Source: an uncultured bacterium (GTDB lineage: Bacteria; SAR324; NAC60-12). From it: DNA of 64,000 nt. How positions within the stretch are numbered: the first letter of the stretch is position 1; the number at the start of each line of letters is the position of its first letter. The stretch covers positions 1-64,000 of the forward strand of contig CBFIGY010000015.1 of the NCBI GenBank assembly GCA_965662235.1. Direction: 5' to 3'. Positions 37,591-48,200 of this stretch are shown piece after piece. The notes under the pieces were generated by a model, which did no database searches, had not been told where the DNA came from, and was given only the letters and a program-made list of their open reading frames with translations. Both the position numbers and the translations under genes were made by a program.

Positions 37591-39335
37591 AAACCCTGGT
37601 CTTCTGGAGCCTGCTGACGCTGAAGATCGCCTGTGTTGCGGTTTGGTTGCTGGTCTCGCTTGGAGTGGCGCTGGCGCAGTCGGACCCCCGAGCACACGCC
37701 GCTTGGTGGGTGGAACAGCACGGGGCTTTGGAAGAAGCCTCGGTTCCAGAAGCCGCTCGGGTCCGGAAGGTTTTTGACCGTGTGGTCCATGTGGCCGACA
37801 AACGCGCCGGACGCTGGCCCCAGTTGGTTCTACTCCGCTCTCAACGCCCTCCCCTCGCCCTTTCGCTGCCTGACGGTTCCGTGCTCCTCAATCACGCGGC
37901 CCTGAATTTCCTCTATCAAGTAGACAATCCGGAGCTCGGAGACACCCGTGCCGCGTTTGTGCTGGGACACGAACTGGCGCACCTCGCACAGGATGACTTC
38001 TGGCAGGCAGAAGCCTTTGCGGCCTCTCAGGCAAATCCCCAGTGGGAGCAGTCGGTAGAAGACTGGCTGAAGGGAACGCAGCAGGCAGACACTCCAATCC
38101 TGAGGGAACTGCAAGCTGACGCCTATGGGCTCATCTACTCCGTCCAGGCGGGTTTTGCAGCAGGACCGGTGCTGGATGAAGGTGCCCGCTTTTTTGCCGA
38201 TTGGGCGTCACAGTCACGGATGCATCCGCACGCCGGCACCCACCCTCCGGATGCGACCCGTGCCGCGATCCTTCAGGCGTCGCTGCACCAGGTCCGAGCG
38301 GTGCAGGACTGGTTCGACTTCGGAACCCTGCTTCTGCAGATTGGGCGCTTGGAAGATGCGCGGGTGCTGCTGGAGGAGTACCAGCGTCGCTTCCCCGGAC
38401 GCGCAGTGCTCAACAACCTGGGCGTGGTGGCGTATCAGCAGGCGATGGGGCAACTTGCGGCCTGCAATCCGGTGCTGCCGCTCTCCATGATGACGTCCCT
38501 GCTTGTCGACACGGAAACCCGAGGGGCTGGAACCCGTCAGGGGTTGCACAACTGCCTCAAGGAGGAAGCGGTGCAACGTGGCTTCCAAGATGCCGCCCGC
38601 TACTTTGAAGAAGCCAGCCAGCGGGATCCGGACTACGTTCCGGCATGGAGCAACCTCGCTTCTGTAAGGCTTTGGAAGGGAGACGCTTCAGGCGCAATGA
38701 GCGCCGCGGATGAGGCCCTGAAGCGGGACGCAACGCTTCCGGAAGCGCTCAACCTGAAGGCGCTGGCGCTCTACCGCTTTGGGGTCCAGACCGGAATCGA
38801 CACTGCTGACCGTGCTCTGAAGGTGCTGGAAATTCTGCAACGCCGCTATCCCGACTATGCTCCGGCGTCCTACAACCGGGCGGTGCTGCTGACGGAACGC
38901 CAGCGCTCAGCAGCGGCTCAGGAGGCATGGCAGCAGGCGCTTGAACAACCGCTTCCGGTGGCGTATGCCCAGCACGTCCGAGAACAGCTGGGCCGTCCTG
39001 CGGCTGCTCCGGCTCCGGTGCGAGCTCAGGTTCCGGCGCCCATCGCCCTCGGCTCCAGCTCATCTGAATCCGGAACCGTCACTCAACGCCTGCGTCTGGG
39101 CAGCTTCCGGGCGTCCGTTTCTGTTCAGGAAGACCTGCGGATTCTGCGTCTGGGACGTTCTGTGGAGCTGATTCAGCAGGCTCATCCCGACCTCGACCCA
39201 ATAACCCTTCCGCGTCCCAAGCTCCGGCACCGCCTTCCTTCCGGAGAGCTGTGGCTCTATGAGGACTTTGCCCTAGAGCTCCGGGACGGTCTCAGCCACC
39301 GTGCTTGGTGGTTTGCCCCTCAGGACCGTTCCTGA
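37587..39335 (+). CDS. Exported M48-family zinc metalloprotease with TPR repeats
   Basis: Signal peptide; FVLGHELAH, RELQADAYG and THPPDATR; TPR-like segments VLNNLGVV, AWSNLA and ASYNRA; ATGA overlap with the anti-sigma. Confidence 0.82.
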   Translation: MKTLVFWSLLTLKIACVAVWLLVSLGVALAQSDPRAHAAWWVEQHGALEEASVPEAARVRKVFDRVVHVADKRAGRWPQLVLLRSQRPPLALSLPDGSVLLNHAALNFLYQVDNPELGDTRAAFVLGHELAHLAQDDFWQAEAFAASQANPQWEQSVEDWLKGTQQADTPILRELQADAYGLIYSVQAGFAAGPVLDEGARFFADWASQSRMHPHAGTHPPDATRAAILQASLHQVRAVQDWFDFGTLLLQIGRLEDARVLLEEYQRRFPGRAVLNNLGVVAYQQAMGQLAACNPVLPLSMMTSLLVDTETRGAGTRQGLHNCLKEEAVQRGFQDAARYFEEASQRDPDYVPAWSNLASVRLWKGDASGAMSAADEALKRDATLPEALNLKALALYRFGVQTGIDTADRALKVLEILQRRYPDYAPASYNRAVLLTERQRSAAAQEAWQQALEQPLPVAYAQHVREQLGRPAAAPAPVRAQVPAPIALGSSSSESGTVTQRLRLGSFRASVSVQEDLRILRLGRSVELIQQAHPDLDPITLPRPKLRHRLPSGELWLYEDFALELRDGLSHRAWWFAPQDRS

Positions 39336-39464
39336 CGTTGGTTCCTGCCGCAATCTTTTGATTTTTTCTCCAGCTTCTTGCATCGTTGTGGCTCAGCTTT
39401 CACAGGTGCGTCCTGTGACCCTCAGAGAGGGATCCTTCTGACTGATTTGCCTCAAGCCATCACC

Positions 39465-40091
39465 ATGCCTGACACGCCTCGTTTGCTCATCACCTGCCTG
39501 GACCTCGAAGGGGTTCTGATTCCAGAAATCTGGTTAGGCCTCGCCGACCGAACCGGTCTGGAGGATCTTCGCCTGACCACGCGTGACCTTGCGGATTATG
39601 ACGAGCTGATGCAGCACCGGTTGCGGGTCTGTGAGCAGCATGGGCTGGGACTTCCGGACATCCAGAAGGTCGTGGAAACCATGGCACCGATGCCCGGCGC
39701 CGTTGAGTTCCTCCGCTGGCTCAAGACCAAGGGCGAGGTGGTGATCCTCTCAGACACCTTCCGCGAGTTTGTGGAACCGCTGCTGCCGCAGCTGGAGCAC
39801 CCGACCCTCTTCTGTCATTCCCTAGAGGTGGAGCCTTCGGGCAGGATTGCCAACTACTGCCTGCGCCTGCAGGACCAGAAGCGCAAGGCCGTCGAAGCCT
39901 TCCGGAGCCTGAACTTTCAGGTGGTGTCTGCCGGTGATTCCTATAACGACATTTCCATGCTCCAAGCCTCCCACTGGGGACTGCTCTTCCGTCCTGCAGA
40001 AAAAGTGGTGGCTGAGTATCCTGAATTTCCGGTGACCACCGATTACGCTGGCCTCCAGGCAGAGCTGTCCAAGCTTCCGGGCTATGCGTAA
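39465..40091 (+). CDS. thrH: Bifunctional phosphoserine phosphatase/homoserine phosphotransferase
   Basis: CLDLEGVLIPEIW, TTRD, ILSDTF and AGDSYND motifs. Confidence 0.92.
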   Translation: MPDTPRLLITCLDLEGVLIPEIWLGLADRTGLEDLRLTTRDLADYDELMQHRLRVCEQHGLGLPDIQKVVETMAPMPGAVEFLRWLKTKGEVVILSDTFREFVEPLLPQLEHPTLFCHSLEVEPSGRIANYCLRLQDQKRKAVEAFRSLNFQVVSAGDSYNDISMLQASHWGLLFRPAEKVVAEYPEFPVTTDYAGLQAELSKLPGYA

Positions 40092-40887
40092 ACCCTCTCG
40101 AAGCCCTCGTTCCGGAGGCAAACCCGCAGCACGGGGACGCCGTCCAGGCGCGCCTCGGAGCCGTGAAGAAGTGCTCTACGGCATCCAACCCATTGCAGAA
40201 GCCCTCCAGCATCGTCTCCGTCCCCTCGAAGCGCTGTTGGTGAAGAGTGGAGCGCGCAACTCACGGATTGAGGAGCTGGTGCATCAGGCACAGGCGCTTC
40301 AGCTACCGGTCCGCTCAGTGGAAGGCCGTGAGCTGGACCAGCGGTGTCCGGGTGCAGTGCATCAGGGCGTGGTGCTGGAGTGTGGGGAGCGGGAGACCCT
40401 AGAGGCGGAGGCCCTGCCTGACGCACGTCGGCAGCCGTATCCGGTCCTCATGGCGTTGGATCAGGTGGAAGATCCGCACAACCTTGGAGCCATTTTGCGG
40501 ACCTGTGGCTTCTTTGGTGTCGACGCGCTCGTGATGCCCCGAGACCATGCACCACCGCTTGGGGGAGTGGTCGCCAAAAGTTCCACCGGCGTGTCCGAGT
40601 GGTTCCCGATCCTCAAGGTGCCGAACCTGCACCGTTTCCTGACCCAACAGCAGCAAGCTGGTTACTGGGTGGTTGGGTTGGACATGAATGGTGCCGAGCC
40701 GCTGACAGCGCTTCAACGGGACCGAGCGCTGATTCTGGTGATGGGAAACGAAGGGCAGGGACTGAGGCCACTGACGCGACAGACGTGTGACTGGGCGGTG
40801 CAGATTTCCGGAAGCGGGGCTGTGGAATCATTGAACGTCAGCAACGCTGCTGCGATTACTCTGCATCAGGTCTTTCGGGAAGCGTAA
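40084..40887 (+). CDS. rlmB: 23S rRNA Gm2251 methyltransferase (TrmH/SpoU family)
   Basis: HQGVV, DPHNLGAILRT, MGNEGQGL and ESLNVSNA motifs. Confidence 0.88.
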   Translation: MRKPSRSPRSGGKPAARGRRPGAPRSREEVLYGIQPIAEALQHRLRPLEALLVKSGARNSRIEELVHQAQALQLPVRSVEGRELDQRCPGAVHQGVVLECGERETLEAEALPDARRQPYPVLMALDQVEDPHNLGAILRTCGFFGVDALVMPRDHAPPLGGVVAKSSTGVSEWFPILKVPNLHRFLTQQQQAGYWVVGLDMNGAEPLTALQRDRALILVMGNEGQGLRPLTRQTCDWAVQISGSGAVESLNVSNAAAITLHQVFREA

Positions 40888-42313
40888 CTGCACGGACCTC
40901 CGTTTCCACAGTTCCATCTGGGAGGTGAATCTCCAGCCGCTCCCCGACCTGAACGTCTTGGGCGTGCCGCAGCGCCTTGCGGTTGGGCTTCCGAACCATG
41001 GCATATCCGCGCTGCACCTGAGCCAGTGGACTGAGGTGCTGCAGCGCTTCCGCATGGGCGCTGAGCTGTTGCTTCCGGCGGGTGAGGTCTTGCTGCAGCG
41101 CCCGCTCCAGACGAACCTGCAACTGCTGGAGGTACGGGGTGAGGTCCCGGAGGTGCTGCTGAGGCGCCAGCACCCGGAGGGTCTGATCTGCCTGCTGCAA
41201 CCGCAGCTGCCGTCGTTCGTGCTGACGAGCCCAGGTTGCCTGCAACCGGCCTTCGAGGTCGTCCACCCGCTGCTGATAAAACGCAATGGCTCGTTCCGGG
41301 GAGGCGATTCGGTACTGAAGCTGCTGAACACGTTCCTGAGCCCGCTGCGTTTGACGCTCCAAGGACCGGATGAGCTGATTCTGCAGCTCGTTGACGGTGT
41401 AGAGCAGATCTGCCCGACGCGGCACCGCCTGTTCCATGGCTGCAGAAGGCGTTGGAGCCCGGACGTCTGCAACGAAGTCGGCAATGGTGTAGTCGGTTTC
41501 GTGACCGACCGCTGAGATGATCGGTAACGGCATCTCAAAGATGGCCCGCGCCAGTTGCTCATCGTTGAAGGCCCAGAGGTCTTCCAACGACCCGCCTCCT
41601 CGTCCGCAGATGACGACGTCGACTCCCAACTCCTGATGATGCTCCGCAAAGAACCGGAGGCCGGCGAGCAGCTCCGGAATGGCTCGGTCGCCCTGCACAG
41701 AGGCGGGATAGAGCAGCACCGGAATGCCGGGGAAGCGGCGGTTCAGCACCGTCCACATGTCATGAATGACGGCTCCGGTCTGAGAGGTGACAATGCCAAT
41801 CCGGTTGGGCAGAAAGGGAAGGGGCCGCTTGTGTCGGTCGTCAAAGAGGCCCTCACGCTGGAGCCGGTTCCGGAGCTGCTCAAACGCCAGCTGGAGCGCC
41901 CCCACGCCCTTGGGTTCCAGTGAAGAAGCCTGAAGCTGGTACTCGCCCCGTGGGCCATAGACGCTCACACTGCCCCGAACCACCACCTCCAAACCATGCT
42001 CCGGACGAAACGGCAGGCGTGCTGCCGCGTTCCGGAACATCACCACCCGAATCTGTGCCTGCGTGTCCTTGAGCGTGAAGTAGAGGTGCCCGGACGACGC
42101 CCGGGTGAGGTTAGAAATTTCGCCCTCCACCATCACGCCCCGGAACTTTCCCTCTAGGACAAAACGGATCTGCTGTGTCAGTTCAGCCACCGTCAGAGGC
42201 TGCGGAGGCGAAGGGGGCGGCGGGGGCTCTGACGGAGGAGTGGGTTCCGGAGTGCGGGGCTCCGTTTCCACAATGAACGGAATGCTGGTTTGGTAGCTTT
42301 TCTTAGCGGGCAT
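40856..42313 (-). CDS. xseA: Exodeoxyribonuclease VII large subunit
   Basis: GEISN...SGHLYFTLKD, RGGGSLEDLWAFN, SAVGHETD and RAPTPSAA motifs. Confidence 0.96.
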   Translation of the reverse strand: MPAKKSYQTSIPFIVETEPRTPEPTPPSEPPPPPSPPQPLTVAELTQQIRFVLEGKFRGVMVEGEISNLTRASSGHLYFTLKDTQAQIRVVMFRNAAARLPFRPEHGLEVVVRGSVSVYGPRGEYQLQASSLEPKGVGALQLAFEQLRNRLQREGLFDDRHKRPLPFLPNRIGIVTSQTGAVIHDMWTVLNRRFPGIPVLLYPASVQGDRAIPELLAGLRFFAEHHQELGVDVVICGRGGGSLEDLWAFNDEQLARAIFEMPLPIISAVGHETDYTIADFVADVRAPTPSAAMEQAVPRRADLLYTVNELQNQLIRSLERQTQRAQERVQQLQYRIASPERAIAFYQQRVDDLEGRLQATWARQHERRQLRLQQADQTLRVLAPQQHLRDLTPYLQQLQVRLERALQQDLTRRKQQLSAHAEALQHLSPLAQVQRGYAMVRKPNRKALRHAQDVQVGERLEIHLPDGTVETEVRAVTLPERPDAE

Positions 42314-44033
42314 TCCGGATTTCTGTCAGGCGGTTTTCATAGTAGTCGCTTCCTGAAGGCGCCTGGGCGCGGGGGCTCTGATCAGCTAGGCGCAGCGCTT
42401 CCTGAGCAGCGTGCAGGGCCTGCTCATACAGCCCTTGCTGCCGGTACCCTTCAGCAAGAGTGTCCCAGATGAACGCCGCAGGCTGATGTGCCAGAGCCGT
42501 CTGAGCGAGCTGAATCGATTCCTCTAGGGCCTCCGGATCATCGGCGCGGTTTTCGGCAAGGACCCAAGCTAGGTTGTTCAGGGTCCGGGGATCTTCTGGG
42601 GCCAGCTCCAGGGCCTGCCGGTAGTAGCGTTCGGCTTCTTCCAATTGCCCTTGAGAGTAAGCGAGGTCTCCGAGTTGCGTCAGGAATCCGGAATCTCGCG
42701 GAGAGAGGGATTCGTTGTGCTGCACGTACCAAGTGAGCCACTGACGGATGCCCGCGTTGGAAGTGGCGTAGCTGTTGATGCCAATTGTGCAGAGCAGGGT
42801 CAGCACGCATCCGAACTGAATCCAGCGGACGCGCCGGTGGTGTGCGGAAACCTTCTCAGGTGCTTGGGCGCCTGCTTTGAGGAAGTTGAGGCGGTCGAGG
42901 ATGCCGTAGTGATGCCAGTTGGGTTTTTCGGGGTCAATGCCATTGAGCCAGGCGACCTTCAGGAGCGCACGTCCCATGGGCTCCAGACCCACGCGTTCCA
43001 GCGCATTGCAGTCTGCCTGACGTTCGAAGTTGCGGCTCAGGAATCCCATTCCGAAGCGTAGGAACAGCAGCAGCGCGAGCACCGTGAAGCTCCCGTAGAA
43101 GACCGCAGGCAGTTCCCACTCCCCAAACCACTCGGTGACCGTCAGGGCCGCTGAGAGCAGCATCATGCCCTCCAGAAAGGCAAAGAACGCGAAGGCGTAA
43201 AAGAGCAGGTGCTGCTTGCGCAGGTGCCCGGCTTCATGGGCAATCACCGCTCGGAGTTCTTCTGGAGTGAGGGCGTTCAGCAGCTGTCGACTGATGAGCA
43301 GGTAACGGAGTCCGGGAAGGAGGCCCACGACGCCGGCGGTTGCGCTGGAAAGCAACTCCTCCGGCCAGATCAGTACCTTACGGACTGAGACGCCATTGAC
43401 CCGCAGTTCTTCTTCAATGAGGGTGCGGCCTTCGCTTTCCGGAAGCGCCTCTAGGTTCCACGCCGTCATCATCACTGGAGGCGCGAGCGCAATCATCAGG
43501 ACCAAGCTGCTCAGGGTGCTTAGAAGGAGTTCCCAGTTGAGGGGCAGGTCTCCGGTCCAAAGGGGCAACGCCGCCAGCCACAGGGCATGGACGCCGCCGA
43601 GCAGCAGCAAGGGGAGCTGCAGACGGAGGCTCCGGATCAGCCGGGGAGCATAGGCTTCATGACGGTGCTGAAGGGGCGTGAGGGCCAGACCGTCGAGGAG
43701 CCAGAAGTGGACAATGAGCAGCGCAAACGCCCAGCCATCCGGATTCCACCACCCCTGAAACGTGCCCTGCAGGCGCAGGTCCAGGGCTTCGGTGTAAATG
43801 GCCCCCAGCCAAGCAGAAAAGATCAGCAGGCGCTTGAGGTGCTGCTGCCGCTGCCGCGTCAGGGGCCGGCCTTCGAAAGACGCCTGTCCCAGCCAGAAGG
43901 CGAGGCCCAGGAGGATCAGCAGCGTCAGAGGCCAGGGGAGGTTCAGCCACGCCTCCGGGCGAATCGCGGTATCTTCCGTGAGCAACGACAGGCTGAGCGA
44001 GGCAAGGATGAGGGGAAGAAAGGGCAAGAACAT
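42303..44033 (-). CDS. Integral-membrane M48 (HtpX-like) metalloprotease with C-terminal TPRs
   Basis: Multiple TM helices; AVIAHEAGH and FERQAD; TPR segment LNNLAWVLA...WDTLAE. Confidence 0.85.
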   Translation of the reverse strand: MFLPFLPLILASLSLSLLTEDTAIRPEAWLNLPWPLTLLILLGLAFWLGQASFEGRPLTRQRQQHLKRLLIFSAWLGAIYTEALDLRLQGTFQGWWNPDGWAFALLIVHFWLLDGLALTPLQHRHEAYAPRLIRSLRLQLPLLLLGGVHALWLAALPLWTGDLPLNWELLLSTLSSLVLMIALAPPVMMTAWNLEALPESEGRTLIEEELRVNGVSVRKVLIWPEELLSSATAGVVGLLPGLRYLLISRQLLNALTPEELRAVIAHEAGHLRKQHLLFYAFAFFAFLEGMMLLSAALTVTEWFGEWELPAVFYGSFTVLALLLFLRFGMGFLSRNFERQADCNALERVGLEPMGRALLKVAWLNGIDPEKPNWHHYGILDRLNFLKAGAQAPEKVSAHHRRVRWIQFGCVLTLLCTIGINSYATSNAGIRQWLTWYVQHNESLSPRDSGFLTQLGDLAYSQGQLEEAERYYRQALELAPEDPRTLNNLAWVLAENRADDPEALEESIQLAQTALAHQPAAFIWDTLAEGYRQQGLYEQALHAAQEALRLADQSPRAQAPSGSDYYENRLTEIRNAR

Positions 44034-44099
44034 GAAGGACTCGTAACCGAAAACAGATTCAGGTATGGTTGTTACTTTTAACTTTCAATTCAGGAATAC

Positions 44100-45266
44100 A
44101 TGGACTCCTCACCTTCCAGCAATGTACACCATCTGACGAGCAACGATAAGCAGATTGTCTTGGTTGGAACCGCTCATATCTCTCAAGCCAGCGTGGATGA
44201 GGTCCGTGAAGTGATTCAGCACGAGGCGCCTGATGCCGTCTGCGTGGAGCTGTGTGCCTCCCGTCTGGAAGCAATCCGGAACCCGGATGCCTGGAAGAAG
44301 ACGGACCTCTTTCAGATCATCAAGGAGGGAAAGACCTTCTTGCTGCTGGGCAACCTGCTGATGTCTTCCTTCCAGCGTCGCATTGGCAAGCAGTTGGGGG
44401 TGCAGCCGGGAGCTGAGATGCTGGAAGGCGTCCGGGCGGCAGAGTCGACAGGGGCGACCCTGGTGCTGGCAGATCGAGACGTCCGGACCACCCTGCAGCG
44501 CACCTGGCGTTCCCTGAAATTCTGGGACCGGACCAAGCTACTGGGGCAGCTGGTGGCCAGCGTTTTTTCCAATGAAGAGGTCTCGGCCGACGAGATTGAA
44601 GCGATGAAGCAAGGGGACGCGCTGGCAGAAGCCATGGATGCACTGGCCAGTCAATCGCCCCACATCAAGCGTGTCATCATTGATGAGCGGGACGCGTACC
44701 TAGCGGAAAAGATCCGCAACGCTCCAGGTGAGAAGATTGTGGCAATCGTGGGGGCCGGGCATGTTCCCGGGATCCTGAAGCAGATTGACGAGGCCCACGA
44801 CCTTGCCGAACTGGAGTACGTTCCGCCACCGTCCCGCTGGGGAAAGCTGCTGAGCTGGGGGCTTCCGCTACTGATTGTCGGGCTCATCGGTTACGGCTTC
44901 GTCGTTTCTGGACAAGACGCTAGTTTTGAGATGATTCAGCGCTGGTTCCTCATCAACGGGGCTCTTTCTGCAGTGGGGGTGCTGGCCGCATTCGGGCACC
45001 CACTGACGATCCTGACGGCGTTTGTGGCAGCACCGTTCACGTCGCTGAACCCAATGATTGCCGCCGGCTGGGTCGCCGGACTGGTGGAGGCCTTTGTGCA
45101 CAAGCCGAAGGTGGAGGACTTTGAGAGCCTCAATGAAGACATCACCACGCTCAAGGGCTTCTGGCGAAACAAGATCACCCGCATTTTGCTGGTGGTTGTC
45201 TTTGCCAACCTAGGGAGCAGCATCGGCACCTTCCTAGGCGGTTTCGCCGTGGCGAGCCTGCTCTAG
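44100..45266 (+). CDS. TraB/PrgY/GumN family protein
   Basis: LVGTAHIS, VCVELC, PGAEM, LADRD, DERD, VGAGH and APFTSLNP motifs. Confidence 0.9.
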   Translation: MDSSPSSNVHHLTSNDKQIVLVGTAHISQASVDEVREVIQHEAPDAVCVELCASRLEAIRNPDAWKKTDLFQIIKEGKTFLLLGNLLMSSFQRRIGKQLGVQPGAEMLEGVRAAESTGATLVLADRDVRTTLQRTWRSLKFWDRTKLLGQLVASVFSNEEVSADEIEAMKQGDALAEAMDALASQSPHIKRVIIDERDAYLAEKIRNAPGEKIVAIVGAGHVPGILKQIDEAHDLAELEYVPPPSRWGKLLSWGLPLLIVGLIGYGFVVSGQDASFEMIQRWFLINGALSAVGVLAAFGHPLTILTAFVAAPFTSLNPMIAAGWVAGLVEAFVHKPKVEDFESLNEDITTLKGFWRNKITRILLVVVFANLGSSIGTFLGGFAVASLL

Positions 45267-45269
45267 GCC

Positions 45270-48200
45270 TTAGTGGTCAAACGCGAGGCTTTGGAAGTAG
45301 AGCCCAAGGCGGGCTTGAGTGAAGGCGTGAGGGTCGTCCGGAGGCGTGAGGTCTTCCAGAAACCGAAAGGGCTCCCGAGGTAGGGAAAACTGAGGCCGAC
45401 TGGGATCCAACTGACTCCGGATCCAGTCCTGGAACTTCTGGTTGAAGGCCTCGGGGTCACGCAGGAACGGGTGAGACGCCTGGGCGCCACTGGCGGAGTA
45501 GAGGAGGTCAAAGCGCTCCGTCTGCAGAGCCTGCACCACGGTTTCTAGGTACGCCTGTGCGGCAGAACGCAGCGGTACCTGAAACGTCCCATGCCCCGCT
45601 TCACCCCGCGAGAGCAGGTAGGCCTCCCGTGACGTGGTGTCCTGCAAACGTCCGGCAGCATGGAGGGTGACGAGTTCGAGAAACGGCAGCAGCCATTCCT
45701 TTTGTGCAGACGACTTCTTGGCCTCCAGAGCGCGCCGGACCAGCTGAAGGCTGATGCGCGGTTGGTCTCCGTCGCACAGCCACCACCCGGATGCGCCGGA
45801 AAGCGTCACGTTGCTGATGACCAGTGGCGGTCCCAAAATCCATGCCTCTGGAGCGCGTTTCCACGCTTCCCGTTCCCACGCACTCAGCGGCCCCACGCTC
45901 AGTCGACGGGGCACCAGCTTCGGACCACCCGTCGGCTCAGACCATTCCTGCACCTGTGCTTCCCACCGCTGCATCAGCCCCAGGTGCTGTTCCCGGAGCC
46001 CGTCCTGCAGCACACCCGGGGGAAGCTTCCCCCGTTGCTCCCATCGCTGAAACACCTGGCCATACGCCTCCTCCCAGCCCCTTGCGGACGTCAGGGCGTC
46101 GCCCAGTGCCTCCCGCAGCAAAAGGGTTTCTTCCAGAGCATTGAGCTGAAACGGCTCCTGCTCAACGTCTGTCAGGTCCTCCTCATCAGAAGCGAGCCGC
46201 AGCGACCGCTGGGTCTGTGCAACCAGAGGGTTCTCCAGAAAACGCTTCAGCTGCCCAAGCGTCAGGTGAGTCGCCTGAGGCAGCGTGAAGGCTTCTGGAT
46301 GCAAGGGAGCCGTCAGTTTGGCCGGAAGCTTTGTGTGAAGCAGGGAAAACAGCTCAGAACGTTCCGGAAGGGGCTGGGAGGCCTCCAGCTGCTGCCGAAG
46401 CACCTGGGCCCGTGCCTGATGAAAGGCGGAGAGGCTGAACTGAGGGAAGTCGCCGTCCGCAAGAGGTTCCAGCTCCGGGAAGTAGCGCGGATCGTACGAG
46501 GTCAGGGGGAGCCGCTGCGGGAGCAGCCGATCCTTCAGGTAGCCGGTGTTGAGGGTCTCCAGCAGCAGCTCCACCAGAGAAGACGGCTGCTGCGGTTCTC
46601 CTTTCGAGTCCTGGTTGAGGTAGCTGAGGATCAGGCGGTCGCTGGTGGAAATCAGGGTTTCCAGAAACTGATAGTGGTCCCGTTCCATGGGGGAAACGTC
46701 TCCAATCAGCCGCCTCCGGAGGGTCTGGTCCTTGGTTCGAGGCACCGAAACGTCACGCAGGTCCAGCTGATCTTCCGGAGCCTTGGACGGGAAGGAGCCT
46801 TCTTGCAGTCCCAAAATGAAGACGACCCGAAACGGAATGGGCCGCATCGGCTGAAAGGGCGACACCGTCACCCCTTCGGCGAGGTAGTGACCTTGCTGAA
46901 AGCGGGTCCGTTCGTACTGCTGCATGAAGAATTCCAGCACCAACGGGTAGCTCAGGGGGGCATCTTCCGTGGGCAACACTTCAAGGTGCGCAAAGGTCTG
47001 GGTGGTTTCGAGCAGCCGTTGGAAGGCCTCTTGGCCATAGTCGTCTTCAGGCCGCAGGTAGGTGCTGAAGAAGCGGTGGAGCAGCCGCGACCATTCACGC
47101 GCTGAAGCGTGATGGGTGGCCAAAAATCGCGCATCTGCGAGCAAAGACTGCAGAACCAGCTGAAACTGTGCGGCGCTGATGGCGTCCGCATCCCCAACGG
47201 TTCCGGGAACCCAGTCCTGGTCGTCCCAGGCAACAGATTCCTGGTCGGCCTCCAGGTAGCTCCCCAAAGCCAAGCGTTGAAAGCCCTGTTGCCAGTGATA
47301 GCGTTGTTCCGGAAGGTGGGCGTAGCCGTGTTCCTGAAAGTCTGCGGCGTCTTTGCCAAAGTAGATGCCCAGGTCCTCGCTCCACTGAACCCACGCCTCC
47401 GTGTCAAGGGCTTCTTCGCCCGAGGGCGTCTTCAGCACCTGGAGGAAGCAGGGATTCTGGAGCAGGCTCAGGACCTCACGACGGGAGAAGTCGCCTAGGC
47501 CGAGGTGCAGCAGCTGCCGAGCTGCTTCCATGAGGGCTCCAGACGCGCCGTGGTGCCCATCCACCAGGTGGTACGGAAGCCGATACAGCGAGCGAAAAAC
47601 CTGCTCCAGTTCCCACTGGTACAAGCTGAGGTCTGGGGCAATGACCGCAATTTCGTTGAAACGCAGGGGCTCCGGATGGGAAGAATCCTGGACCAGTTCC
47701 CAGATGCGGTTGGCCACCTGTTCCACCTCGCGGCGAACCGTCGGACAGCCGACGACCTCAAGGCTGCCATCTGCCGGAAGCATCAGTTGGGTGGCTCCGG
47801 AACGCTGAGGCTCCCGGACCAGAAGGTCGTGCTGCAGGTGCTGAAGGACGGTTCGTCCGGGAACACCATCGGGAGCGTCTACCTCAACAGAAGAGGCATC
47901 GGCTCCAAGGGGGTCCCGGAAGTGCGCAAAGAAGTCCCAATCGCCCCAGCGGTTGAGCATGCGGATGTTCTCACGGCCCGGATAGCCCCATGCCTTCAGC
48001 AGCGGATGGTCGGGGTCGTTCCTGAGCAACTCCCCGGGGGCAAGGTCGTTCCAGGTGACTTGCGTCCGCCGGGCCTCATAGAGGTACTGAAACGCCTCCG
48101 GACGCTGCTTGAACTGTCGCCGTTGCTTCCAGTAGGGCTCCAGGTCCTCCCAGAACTCCATGCAGGGGTTGAGCGTGTAGACGCAGACCTCCCGGACCTG

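Noticed and set aside
33938..39335. Type III-E CRISPR (Craspase) locus
   Set aside because: No cas genes or repeat-spacer array in the window; the protease is an exported C14-FGE protein, not TPR-CHAT.
45660..47105. 481-aa plus-strand ORF (also 47505-48452)
   Set aside because: Antisense to recC; no recognisable domain.
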